Below are positions 24,086-39,504 of a DNA stretch of 64,000 nucleotides, one piece after another. The notes beneath the pieces were generated by a model, which was not told the origin of the DNA, searched no databases, and saw nothing but the letters and a program-made list of their open reading frames with translations. Both the position numbers and the translations under genes were made by a program. Location of the stretch: positions 62,001-126,000 of the forward strand of contig JAVKOQ020000010.1 of the NCBI GenBank assembly GCA_031835245.2, read 5' to 3'. Within the stretch, counting starts at the first letter, position 1; every line of letters begins with the position of its first letter. Source of the DNA: Balamuthia mandrillaris. Taxonomy: Eukaryota.

Positions 24086-24835
24086 CTCCTCCAAAAGTGG
24101 TTTTTTTTCGAAAATTCCAAATTTTTACTGGAAAAATTTCGCAAGTTAAAAAATGACATTTTGTTTCCGCCATTTCGAACCCAGGGGGGTGCAGGGCTTT
24201 TTTTGTTATTTTTTGCAAAGAAAAAAAAGTGCAAAGTTAAAAAACTGGAAACCGGCTGGTGAGGGTTTCTTCTCTGGGTGTGGCGCTCCAGCGGACCCAC
24301 TCACCCAACCTTTCTTCTTCTTCTTCTTCCTGTGGTTACTTCCTCTCCTTCTCCTTCTCCATGAGAACGTGGTTATCGAACAAGACTGCCATTAACAAAC
24401 CAGGCAGAGAAAGAAACCAAAGACACAAGGGGAAACTATTTAAAGTGGTTGTTTTCTTTTTTGATGAAACGGTTGTTGGTGGGTTCCTAGTGCTAACGGA
24501 TCGTGATGAGTAACGCAGGTCGCTCTATTCTCTGAGCGATCTGCACACGACCAAATTTTGATTTCTGATTGGTTGATTCGGGAGATTTCCCTGAAAACAA
24601 GGAGTTTCGCTGATCTCAAAAATTATTGGTTAGAATTAACTACGTTCGATGTACCTAATTTAGAAAATCTAACCAATTAAATTTTGAACCAAACGACACC
24701 CGCTTTGAAGCAAAAAACGAAGGGAGAAGCAGGGAGACTATCAGCAGCTGTGATTCTTCGGCGGCCTTCGTTTTGGTGGTTTCCCGCAACCGAGGAAGAA
24801 AGAAGGAAGAAGAATAACATAAAACAAAAGAGGAA

Positions 24836-26445
24836 ATGAGGACAGCTGCAGGGATTCTTTTGGTGTTGAGCTGTGTGCTGTTGGGTGCGGTGGCGCAGAT
24901 CGCCTCCAATCCCGGCCGCTGTGAAGTGCAATCCGAATGGGAGTGGAAACTTTACACGAGGATCTTGCTCGAAAAGCACATCCATCAGAAGCAGTGGGAT
25001 CAAGATTTGGATGTTTTGGTGCGGAACGAGTACTTGGACGCCCTTGCCTTCCAACACTCTGGTACTGCTCACATCTTGCCTAACTTTTACTTCTCTGTTT
25101 GGTGATGAGAGAACGCAACTTTCTGTCTTTCCCTTCGTCTTGTTCGTCTTTCGGCATTTTTCTTAATTCGTCCATTCCCTTCCCGATGGCTCATATCCTA
25201 TTTTTGTTTTTCTCTTTATCTCAGAGGAAATGGCGAAGGATGGATTCCTTTCTGACGTTAACATTGCCACCCGTCACAGCCTTATCATTGAAAACTCTGG
25301 ACCCACGTACGACGAAATCTTTTCTCCTCTATTTCGTTCTTTTTTATAAGCCATCCCTTCTCTTTTAACTTTCAAACTGGCATTTGTTGCTCACACAGCG
25401 GCTGGTTCACCGACCTCACTTTGAACCCACCCCGGCAAGCTCCCGCGGCTCTCGTGGACATTGTCGAAATCTACGCTCGCGGGAACAACCCCGCTCAGCT
25501 CTGGAACATCTTGGCCCAGGCCCAAGAGTACCTCTCCCCCGAGACCGCACTGGACCACAACTGGATCGGCGTGGGTCTTCACTGCGTGGACCTCTACGAA
25601 GATGATGACGTGCTCAGCGAGGGCTACGAGTGGTACGCCACTGTCATCCTCACCACTCACTGCCACCTCAACAACACCATCCTGGAGCCAACCTTTGATC
25701 AGCTGTACTGCTGCGACCTGCCAGAGGATCTCAGCCAGTGCGTGGCTGGCAGGGACTTTATTCTCTATGGTAACTTCAACAGCTCTGATGAGTTGGTGTG
25801 CTGTGACTTTGTGGATATGGACGCTAGTCAGGAACTGGAACCCACTGGCGACGCTGAGACTGGGTATGTATTTTTAAATCACCAGAGAAAAGGGAGAAGA
25901 AGCTCTTGCGAAGCAAACGAGGAGGACGATTGAAAAAAAACCTAAAACAAGAACATGTTGGCAAAACTTAAGAAAGAACGCCAACCTCAAGAAGCGCAAC
26001 ACAGTCAAGAAAGAGTTGCACATTCACGAAGAGTGGGATAAATATACACAGAAAGCGGAAAGAGAGCGAGAGTTTGAAAAGCGAAAGATATGAGCAGTAC
26101 AAACATAACTAACAATGAGTAAACAGCGCCGCTATTTTCACCGTTCCCATGACGGGTCCCTTCTTGGGCGAGACCTGCTTCTGCGTGGAGCATAACGTGA
26201 CCAATCCGACTGCTATGCACATCCACACCGGTGCACCCGGCAAGGGCTCCATTGAAGGCAACCCCGAGTTGGAGGTGGACCCGGCGGAGGCGTCTTCACC
26301 CTCTTTGGACTCCTGTTGGGATTGGGAGGAGGACGGTTGGTGTTTGGAGAACGTGCTGAAGGGCAACTTCTACTTGCACGTCCATGAGAATGGAAACAAC
26401 TTTGGCGTGCTTCGTGGACAGATCTCTTGCACTGACTTTGTCTAA
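24836..26445 (+). CDS. Secreted protein with a C-terminal CHRD (chordin-type) domain
   Basis: Signal peptide MRTAAGILLVLSCVLLGAVA; 4 exons splice in frame. C-terminus SQELEPTG..TGAAIF...PTAMHIHTGAPG...GNFYLHVH...GVLRGQI matches the CHRD pattern. Confidence 0.8.
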
Positions 26446-27155
26446 AAACGAACGTACCTCAAAACTTGAAACAGTGTTACGCTGGTGTGATTTGAATGTC
26501 TCTTCTCTCTCTCTCTCTCTCTCGCTCTGGTTATTTTCGCATTGGAATGTCCTTCTGTTTTGAAGAGAATTCGCGACCCCACGGGAGTCTCAAACTTTGT
26601 CCCACAAAGGAAGGATGAAACGGGATGTGATGAGCCAGAGAGGCTGAAGTTTGTTTGGATGATGGCTAAATGGTTTTCACCGGCCTCTCCAGGACCGCCG
26701 CTTGACCTTGTGAAACGCCAGATGAACTCCGCTGGCAGGGTTTGTTCGGGTGGGAAGAGGAGCGAGGCCGCAGTGGCTTTGATGTGTTCAAAGCTGCGCT
26801 AGTGATAACAGAAAAAATTCTAGGAAAATTTTCGATTGAATCTAGTCGGAATGTTAAGAATGCAGATATCTCAAAATTTGTAATTTTTGGCATATTTTAA
26901 CTTTCTCAATTTCGACTTGTTGGGGGGAAAAAAAAGAAAAGAAGGAGAAGGTCTCGCTTCCATCCTCATCATTTTTTTTGTGGTTGTTGTTTGTTCTGTT
27001 CTTTCTCTTCATCACACCCAAGCTTCAAGGTTCGTTAAAAAAGTAGCCAGTTTTGTTGTTTTTTTTTAAGTCCTCTCAAATCCTGTGAAGTGTGATTAAC
27101 ATTATTATTTGCTACACTTTTTTTAACCAACAAAAAAGTATCGCACACACAAAAC

Positions 27156-29762
<2,607 letters not shown>

Positions 29763-30040
29763 AAAAAAAAAAAAAACGTTTCCGTTCTCGGCTTCCCCAA
29801 CTTATTTAAACAAAAAAATCCGTTTTTGTGCACCCCTTTTTTCTTTTCCTCTTTTTATTTATTTTTATTTATTTTTATTTATTTTTATTTTATTTATTTT
29901 ATTTATTTTTAATTATTTATTTATTTTTATTTATTTTTAATTGTCCAATAGTACCATGTCGTCGTGAAATAGAATTTCATGACGTCCTGGGAGAGGAAGC
30001 AAAGAAAAAGAAACAAAAAATAAAAAGAGGAAAAGAGAAG

Positions 30041-31917
30041 ATGAAGCGGGTTCGGCTTTTGTTCGAAGGGAAGGGATTCGCTTTGGGAGAGCTGCAAAAG
30101 TGCTGGTTTTTGGTGCCCACCACGCTGAATACAGTGAACGATCTAGCCTACCACTTGCTTCAGAAGTTTGATCTGCCCGCTTCTGCTACCAAACACGGTA
30201 TGGGCACTCCACTCTCTGTTCTCTTCTTTCATTCGTTTTCACCCCTGAAGAAGTGGCAGCGCTTATGCTAATACACACAAATGACATGCATTGCAGGTCT
30301 GACGTTGAGCGTTGATGACTTTGTGCTGCCGCCAAGCCAAAGCGTTGAACTCATCCGAGATAACGACTCTATAACGTATTCGCTGCTCTCATTCACTCTC
30401 ATTCTCTCCTTTGCCTTCTTCCCTGTTTCTCTTTTGCTTTTCTCTCTCTCTCTCTCTCACTTACACACACACACACTCTCTCTCTCTCTCTCGCCCTCCT
30501 CGCTCTATTGTTCGCTTTGTTGTCTGCTCTTTCCATTTATTCTCTCTCTTTCTCTCTTTCATTTGTTCTCTGACGTGTTTTTTCTTTCCTCCTTTCAGAG
30601 TGAGGCTGCGTGAAACGATAGCGCGAACAACAACAAAAGCGAAAGTAGGGAATGGCGTCGAACCTAAAAGCAAGAAACGAAAGATACAACAAGAGAACGA
30701 CAAACGTGAACCTGAACAAAAGAAAGAAGAACGGCAAGAAGAGGAAGAGGAAGAAGCAGAAGAGAGCAGCTCCTCTGAAGAAGAGGAGGAGGAAGGAGAG
30801 AGCAGCTCCTCTTCAGAGTCGGAAGAGGAAGCATCATCCTCTTCTTCATCCTCTTCCTCGGAAGAGAGTGAAGATGAAAAGACAGAGGCAATGGAAGGAG
30901 AAAATGATAAGTCCAAGGAAAAAGACTTGCAACAAGCAGCAACATTACCTCCTCCATCTACACCTATTCCCGCCAAAGGCCACATTGTTTTTCAAGAAAA
31001 CGGACATGGTTCGTTGCTCTGCTCTGCTTTGCTCTCCTCTTTCTCTTTCGTCGTTTCTCTTTCTCTTTCTTTCTTGCTCTCGCTAACCATGATAATCTTA
31101 GTTTCTGCAGCACAACCACCAGCGCTAAATCTAAACATAGGACATGGACGAGGCCGAGGAAGAGGACTCGCCACCCCTACAGACTTTTCACAACCACCAC
31201 CCACCACGCCTCCTTCTTCATCTAGAGGTCGCGGACGCGGTGGTGGTCGGGGTGGCAGAGGCACTTACTCTACACCAACAGATTCAAACTTAACAACTAA
31301 TCTTTCTCCTGGAATTCTATCGCCACCCCCTCCACGTTACAATCATTACCAGCAACAGCAACAGCAACAGCAGCAACAACAATGGAATCAATTTCAACAA
31401 CCGCAACACCGAGTGAGCGCTTCCACTAAAGACTATTCGAACTTTCCTATTGTGGACATACCAAAGGTATGCCTCTCTCTCTCTCTCTCTCGATCTCTCA
31501 CTCATCAATGAGTGTTACTTTTTATCAAAGTGGTTTATACGTTTTCACTAAACGTTGTGTTCTCTTGACAAAACAAAACAAAAAGAAAGGAGATCGCATC
31601 GCATACACCATCCTCGAAATTCAAAACGGTTGCCCTGTTCCATCTGGCATCAAGGTTACTCTCTCTCTCTCTCTCTCTCTCTCTCGTTTTCATACAATTA
31701 AGGTTTGTATGGACAGGAAGCGGAAGTGGTTTCTTATGACAGAGCAACTTCTTTCGTGACCCTCAAAACGGACGATCCTCGCTTCTTGCCATTGGACGGC
31801 TGTCCCTTACCATCTGAGATGGAGGAAGACCCCTCCGCTGCGTTACGCCTTCCTACCACTCTTTGTTGGGATTTGCTGAACAAACCTGTTCTTATCTCTA
31901 CAGCAACAATGAAATGA
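30041..31917 (+). CDS. Coilin-like protein
   Basis: N-terminus RVRLLF..CWFLVP..TVNDL..LSVDDFVLPPSQSVELIRDND resembles the coilin N-domain. Acidic region, RG repeats, and a Tudor-like C-terminus DYSNFP..GDRIAYTILE. Confidence 0.8.
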
Positions 31918-32006
31918 AACTTCCGACTTCAGCTCTGTCTCTCACTCTCTCTGTCTGTCTGTCTCTTCATTGCACCATTCGTGTTGAGGAAGTTGCTTAC
32001 AAGTTT

Positions 32007-34148
32007 TTAATAGGCAGTTGGCCACAGAAACGGAACCAGGTGATAACGCCACAAATACTTGAAGTAAAACGTTTTGAAGTGAGTCACTTTATACAAAGAG
32101 ATGAAGAGAAGGAAGGTACCCTTGCCCCACGAAACAGTCCGCCGACGCCAGCATAGGTAATGCCCCAGATGTTCTTTGGCCGCTTTAAAACAAACAAAAA
32201 CGTATATTAGAGCCCGACAAAGCTTACCAAAGAAGACATATAGTAAAGAAAATCAGGAGGAGACATGCATACCCGTTGCTCTTGAACTTTTTGTGCTATT
32301 TCTTTACCAGCGCCAGCTGATACACTGAGTAATCATGAACAACTCAGCTCATGTTATGAGAGAAGATGGAAGAAGAGGAGCAAGAAAGAAGAAGGAGAAG
32401 AAGAACAAGAAGAAGACGAAGAAGAAGAACAAGAAGAACTTACGCGTTCCAAAAGCCAACGTCACCCAAGTACCATCCTCCATCAAAGCGAGACTAAATG
32501 AAATAAGACGTTAAAACTAAATAATAATAGGAGAGATAGAGCGAGAGAGAGAAAGAGGAATAACAAACGTAGTCCAACTGAATAGGGAAGCTAAGAGGCA
32601 ACTCCATGTAGTTCGTGTTCAAATAGAAGACGATAGGTTGAGCCAACGCAGATGACATGTAAGACAAATGGGGCGACTTCATCGGCACGTCGGCAGAGAG
32701 ATTGCGCAGCATCACGTTGAAGTTGACGATCACGTTCTCTTCTGGATTGTTTGTCTTGTGTTGTTCATCATCATCGTCGTCTTTGTTTGGAAGGATGATT
32801 TCGAGGCCGACGTCGATGAAACCAGAAGTTATCCAACTCAAAGGACTGTTTATGTGTTCAAAAGAAAACAGCTAACATTTTGAGAAGAAAAGGAAGATGA
32901 AGAGGAAGAGCGAGAAGAAGAAGAACAAGAAGAACAAGAATAAGAAGTACAACGAAGGATTAATAAGAGAGAGAGAGTACCCAGAGGAGTTTTTGCTGAG
33001 GTGGTCCATTGGAAGACCAGAGATGGTGGCCAATCTGACAGAAGGAGGGTTCACTGGAACAGCAGGCGCTCCTTTGTTGTGAGCATGACGAGAAGCAGAA
33101 GCAGGCACCAAACGTTCAAAAGGAAGATGCGGCTTCGTCAACGTAAAGAGACAACCATCAAAGCTTTGATACCTTGGTTAAGAGTAATGAATGCAAGAAG
33201 AAGAAGGAGAACAAGAGGAAGAAACCATCCGTGGGCATGCTCAGCGCTAAGAATGTCGAATAGCAGGTAACGTTGACGCAGGCGAGAACACGTCATCGAG
33301 TGAATGGACACGGGCAGCGGGCGGGATGGCTTCGGATTGTGCACCGTTATGAATACATCCTCCAGTTTAAGCTGTTAAAAAAAGAAGAAAAGTGAGAAGA
33401 GAGAAGGATAGAAGACTGAGAGAAGGGTTAAAGAGAGCGGAGGTACGTGAGAAAGGTCGAAGCCGCCTCTTCGGGAGAGTCTCGTAGCAGTTTCAGCGGC
33501 AGCGCGGAGTGCCTCCTCTTCAGCAGTCAGCGGTGCGGAGGACTGCGCTGGAAACTCTATTTGCCTTCTATCGATTCGTCCTCTGACACCCTGTACAGTT
33601 TGGTTTGTTTCATTTTCAGAAGCATTCACGACAGAAGGAGCAAGCCAAAGAGCCAAGAACAAGAGAAGAAGGGCGGCAGCAAGGAACCAAACCTTCAAAG
33701 TAAGCTCTTTCAACAATCCTTTGCCCTCCATCCATCGCCACCCGCTCAGCTTGACATCCACCGCTGCAATCCTCAGCTCGATGACGGCGCCGTTGACCTG
33801 CCTGGCCGTCTCCTCGTCCCTCTCCACCCTCACGTCGCAAAGGCTGATGCAGCCTTCCTTCCAGCGCGGCACGATGGCCGTCTCGAAGGTGATGCTGATG
33901 CCGGCGTTCTTGGTGAGGTACTGGCTGACGGCGGCGGCGATCTCCGCCTGGAAGCGCAGCGTGTTGGCCAGGTAGAGCAGGGAGGAGACCAAGGTGGTCG
34001 TGCCGAGGAGAACCCAGGTCGTGGTGCCAACCACCATCCATCCCGATATGGCCAAGCTATAAGAGAAAGAGAGAAGAAGGAGAGAGAGAGAGAGAAGAGT
34101 TTGTATTGGTGCTAGAAAGAAAGAAAGAAGCGAGAAGAAAGTGGAGAG

Positions 34149-34192
<44 letters not shown>

Positions 34193-34228
34193 AGAGAAAG
34201 AGAAAGAGAAAGAGAAAGAGAAAGAGAA

Positions 34229-34259
<31 letters not shown>

Positions 34260-34739
34260 AAGAGAAAGAGAAAGAGAAAGAGAAAGAGAAAGAGAAAGAG
34301 AAAGAGAAAGAGAAACAACGAAAGAGAAGCAAAGGTACATGGCATCAGAGGTCCATTGCGAGGTCTTCCTGGCGCTTTCCTGCAAAGAGGTCCTCAGCTG
34401 CTCGCCCAATTTCTTCTTCTTGGGACCACCACCACCGGCGGCTTCTTTGAGGCGTTGTTGCGGCTTAACGTGGTCACACAGCCGTCTTCGCAAAGAGGAG
34501 GAAGGAGCGAAGCATGAGTAGAGGAAAGAAGTTCTCGTGGGTGTGGTGGCGGCGGCGGCGGCGGTTGACCTTTTGCTTAGCAGAGGAGGTGTAACATTTG
34601 ACCGAGAAGATGAAGAGGAGAAAGAACAGAACGGAGGTCTTTGTGGCGCTCTGCTGAGGGAGGAGGAGGGTCTCAACGAAGTTCGCGTGGACCGTAGGAG
34701 CAGCCGCTCCGTGTTGCGAGCACCGCAGGAACGCAACAT
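32007..34739 (-). CDS. Mitochondrial inner-membrane Mdm31/Mdm32 family protein
   Basis: Arg/Ser-rich presequence; WVLLGTTTLVS, YLTKNAGISITFETAIVPRWKEGCIS, GVRGRIDRR, RLRQRYLLFDIL, SWITSGFIDV, SALAQPIVFYLN. Confidence 0.85.
34152..34315 (+). repeat. (GA)n and (AGAAAG)n microsatellites in an MDM31 intron
   Basis: Direct inspection. Confidence 0.95.
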
Positions 34740-35343
34740 AGGTCTTCTGCAAGTGTGTTTTTATTTCCCTTTCAAACCGTTAATGAAAGGTTTTTTATAG
34801 GGGTGAGGACCTCTTTCCAAGAAAGACGCACACCTCCACGTGCTCACCGTGGCCGAAGCCGTGCACGCAACGAGGGGACAGCTGCCTTGCTCAGCCGACA
34901 GGGCTGCTTGGAAGTGCTGCAATGGGTCCTGAGGGCAGCCGTTCTTTTATTATTTATTTATGTATTTATATATATTTTTTTCAAAAAAAAAGAAGTATAC
35001 AAAAAAGATGAAGAGAACGACAACTTTAAGAGATGGGCTCTTTGGTTGTTTGTCTCGCAACAGCAACAAAAAGCCTGGCGAAAAAGAAAACTAATCCTCG
35101 CTGGAAGGCCGAAAAAACCCGCAGAGCAGAAACCGGACAAAGGAGCGACGATCGTTGGGCATACGATGTCGGTGGCATCTGTCGTAGTGGCTGCCCCGTT
35201 CGGGGGACCAGTCGCCGTGCTTCCAGACCCTTGCACCGCACAGCCGGCACGGACTTGGAGGGATCGCCATCGATGATGTTCTGTGCTCTGTTGCTTTGCT
35301 TCTTGTTGAAGGACTCTGTTGTTATGTGAAAGAGCGCGATTCG

Positions 35344-35455
35344 TGTCGACCTGGTAATTTTGTCGGCACGAATCAAGTCAGGTCGACATGTAGAGAACAA
35401 GAGGTCGACATGAAATAAGAATTACACGTCGACCCGAAGATCAGGAGATCGACAA
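35344..35455. promoter_or_regulatory. Cluster of GTCGAC palindromes upstream of the DUF2045 gene
   Basis: Exact copies at 35345, 35382, 35404 and 35428, plus ATCGAC at 35448. Confidence 0.55.
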
Positions 35456-35480
35456 TAAAACTAAAAGAAAGGAGCTTTGA

Positions 35481-36628
35481 ATGATGATGGAACATCGAGA
35501 GGAGGAGGAGAGGAGGCCTATCCAGCATTGGAAGGACCTGTTTTTCAAGGAGTATGTATTGTCGTCGCTCTCTTTTTCTTTTTCAAAAACAACAACACAA
35601 CAGTTGATGCCCATAGTACGATCCATTTTTATTTATTATTATTTTTTTAAAAAACAGATTCATCGAAACGGAGAGCGTGCATAGCGATGACATGCTGTTT
35701 TTTGTGTACATAAAGCCCACCAGGTTTGTTACGTGCGTTCACTTTTTTTTTCTTCGTGTTCTTTGTTTTCTTTTTTTTTTTTTCGTTATTTGATGAGAAA
35801 AATTTAAATATAAAACAGCTCCAAAGAACGTTTCTTCGTGTTACGGAAGAACTCCTCCTCTCTGCCCTCCAAGCGAGAAGAAAGCAACGACGAAGAAGAA
35901 GCAGGAGAAGGGGAGGAAGACGAAGACGATGAAGAAGACGATGAAGAAGAGGTAGCTGAAGAAGGAGGAGAGGAACAGGCAGAGGCGAGGCGTCGCAACA
36001 AACGAGAGAGAAGAGAAGCCAGAAAGCTGAGAAAGCGGAACAGGAACATCGACTGGGAGAACACCTACTTCTTGAACGTGGTGCTCAACAAGCTCAAGTA
36101 CTCGATCGTCATTGAGGTGGCGCCCCGGCCTGGCACCTCGAAGAAAGGTTTTATGTCCTTTCTTTTTTGTTGTTTCTATCTTTCATTTGTCGCTCTCTTT
36201 TCTTGTCTCTTCTCTTTCTCTTTCGTCGTTTCTCTTTCTCTTTCTCTTTCTCTTTCTCTTTCTCTTTCTCTTTCTCTTTCTCTTTCTCTTTCTCTTTCTC
36301 TTTCTCTTTCTCTTTCTCTTTCTCTTTCTCTTTCTCTTTCTCTTTCTCTTTCTCTTTCTCTTTCTCTTTCTCTTTCTCTTTCTCTTTTGCTATTTCACTC
36401 CTCATAAAACCTTTCTTTCTCTTCTGCTTCTCATTATCTCCTTTGCAAAGCAAACAGCTCACCTTTCTTTTTCCATAGTGAAAGCAGAGAAAAAGGGAGA
36501 TACACAAAAGGTTTGTCGTGAGATATGGGCCAGCCCTACTAAAGTACGGATGGACAAGAAGACCGATGAGGTGACCCACACCTATCCGCTCATCTTTTTC
36601 GCAGTGAACCATGTAGTCTCAGGTTGGA

Positions 36629-36701
<73 letters not shown>

Positions 36702-37482
36702 TACGATTGGCCAACTTTTTGAGATTTGTGTTTTTTTAGATGATGTACTTTTGGTTTCGCAACCAGAAGAACTCATTTGCGTTCGACTGATCGCTCACTG
36801 TGATGCCTTAGACTCCTCTTCATCATCCAACGCGTCTTCCAGTTCTTCAGATAAAAAACGGAACAACGTGGTTGTTTTCAGTGGTGCAGTAGGTCATGCA
36901 TCCATCAAGAAAGCCTACGCCGTGGAAGCTAAAAAGCTAAACGCCAAGCGAGCGGCCAGTTGGGACTGGTCTCGTTTCGTTCCTTCTCCAAGTTATTATC
37001 GTCGAAAGCGAGAAGGAGGGGGAAGTGGCAATGAAGAAGCGGACAAGGAACAAACAGACTTGGACACGGAGGAATGGACCGTATTTTTGAACATGAGAGG
37101 ACCTGGCGGCAAAGGAAGCGCTCAAATGGCTGTGTTGGCAAACTCTCGTGAGAAGAAAGGTTTGTTCATTGTTTCTCCTTTCCTTCTTGGCTTCTTCCAT
37201 TTTCTCTCTCCACTCTCTGATTTCTTTATCCTCTATTTCCTTCTCACCATGCCCATCTATCTCCTCCCGCTTTCAAAAGCTATTGAAAAAAGTCAATCAT
37301 TGCCAACGTCGTCGCCCTCCTCACCTTCCCGATGGAGCATAGGAAGTTGGCTGCCTCGACGGGATGTTCCTTCGTTGCCAGAAGACGCCGATGCCTTCAG
37401 TTGCAGCCTAGCTTCCATCTTCTTACCCATTGACTCCATTTTGAGCGACGTTCAGGAGCAGCACGCATCCTTGCAGCTATAA
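35481..37482 (+). CDS. KIAA0930-like (DUF2045) protein
   Basis: DDMLFFV, IDWENTYFLNVVL, WASPTKVRMD, TYPLIFF, VFSGAV, MRGPGGKGSAQMAV. Confidence 0.8.
36230..36387 (+). repeat. (TCTCTT)n microsatellite in a DUF2045 gene intron
   Basis: Direct inspection. Confidence 0.95.
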
Positions 37483-37843
37483 CAATAGAACTGGAATTTT
37501 TGTTTTATTGTTGGTGTACTAAAGCATCCCTCTCTCTCCAATTTGAACAAGCAAGAGCGTCTCCGGAGAGGAACGCACAACGAACGGAGAGAAAAATTGC
37601 AGAGAAGAGAGAGGAGAAAGGAGAGGAGATAAGAGAGGAGATAACATTACGTCATAACTTGCTATTTTTGGAATAAGCTTACGCGGATGCATGAGGGTTG
37701 CCAATCCACCAGAATGACGTGTGTTGGACTAAATAAAGATATAGACAAGAGAGAGGATAAGAGAGCACTTGAAAAAGAAAGAAAGAAAAAAGAAAGAAAG
37801 AGAAGAGAGAGAGACGCTCCTCAGCCCCCAAGCAGCAGCAGCG

Positions 37844-39465
37844 ATGAAACGAACCCGAACGGACTTTAAAGCTGGTGGTGGAAGAGGTGGTGGTGGTGGT
37901 GGTGGTGGTTCTTCGTTCAAAGGCAAAGGAAAACAAGGAGGAGGTGGCGGATGGGGTGGTGGCGGCGGTGGCGGCGGCGGCAGTTCTTTCAAAGGCAAAG
38001 GTAAAGGCACACAAAATCAAAAGGGCGGCGGCAAAGCCTCCTCACCGTGGGCCAAAGGAGGCGGCAGCGGCGGAGGGGGCGGTGGCTCTCGTCAACCCCC
38101 GCACAAGAAATATAAAAGCGGAGGAGGAGGAGGCGGCGGGGGAGGTGCGTCAGGAGGACAAAGGAAGGACAAGGTGGACCGCAAAAAGTTCAAAAAGAAC
38201 TATGAGCTGATGGTGGAGCTGAAGCGGCTGTGGGAGGAGCTCCGCCGCAAGGACCTGAAGAAGGAGGAAAAGAAGCCCCTGGTGGAGAAATTGATGTCCC
38301 TTTGCAAAGACAAGATTTTGGAGGTATTTTTTTTTGTCTTCCTCTTCTCTTCTTTCTTCTCCTTTGTTTCACCCCTTTCCCTTCGCTTTCTCCTCACTTC
38401 TGCTTCTTCGTTCCTCCTCTTCCTCCTCTTTTCCTCTTTTCTTTTCCACTCTTCTCATCCACAACGAAAAAAACAAACAGATCATCAACAAGCATGACGG
38501 CTCTCGCGTCATTCAAGCCCTCATCCAGTTTGGAGAGATGGAGCACCGCCAAACGGTGCTGGAGGAGCTGAGCGGCCACCTGGTGGCCCTCTCCAAGGGC
38601 ACCTACAGCAAGTACCTCGTCACCAAGCTGCTGCGCTACGGCTCCAAGGAGCAGAGGGCGAGGGTCATCGGGGAGTTTGCTGGTAAGGTCCGGCGGCTGG
38701 TCCAGCACAAGGAGGCCTCCGACGTGGTAGAGTTTATGTACTCGGAGGCGGCCAATGCCAAGCAGAGAAGCTCCTTGTTGTCAGAGTTTTACGGCCCGCA
38801 TTATGCTTTGTTTGAGGTTTGCGTTTTGTGCTCTTTTCTTGTCATGTTCATTTGTTTCTTCTCAACTTGGTACTCGTTCTTTTTTTATGCTGCTAACGTA
38901 GTCTCCGTATGTAGGCAGAAGAGGGGAAGAGCTTGAAGGACATCTTTGAAAGCCACCCACAGCAAAAAGATATGGTGATGAAGCACCTCGGTACCACTGT
39001 TTCTAACGTCCTCAACAAGAACTTGGTCCACCACACTATCGTCCATAAACTCCTTTTGGATTATCTGATGTACTCTCTCTCTCTCTCTCTCTCTCATTTC
39101 CTCTCTCTTTTCTCTCTTTTGCTCTGTACTCTCTATCAATACGTTTTCTGACTTAAATTGCATTTAGCAATGCTGACCAACAAGAAAAGCAAGAAACGAT
39201 CGCCGCTCTGCGCGAATCCCTAGTTCACATTTTGCACACAAAGGAAGGAGCTTTGGTAGGTGTCCAGTGCGTGGCCTATGGAAGTGTGAAGGATCGTAAG
39301 GCCATCATAAAGACTTTCAAGGGAGTGGTTGAAAAGATCAGTCAAGAGGAACATGGTCATCTCGTTCTTCTCAGCCTACTTGATTGCACCGATGACACCG
39401 TTTTGATAAAGAAAGCTATCTTGCGAGTACGTATCTATCGCTTTCTCTTACTTCAGTTCTCATCT

Positions 39466-39504
<39 letters not shown>

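Noticed and set aside
26540..26800. Minus-strand frame reading FTRSSGGPG, resembling a release-factor GGQ loop
   Set aside because: No GGQ, no start codon or supporting exons; similarity is too short.
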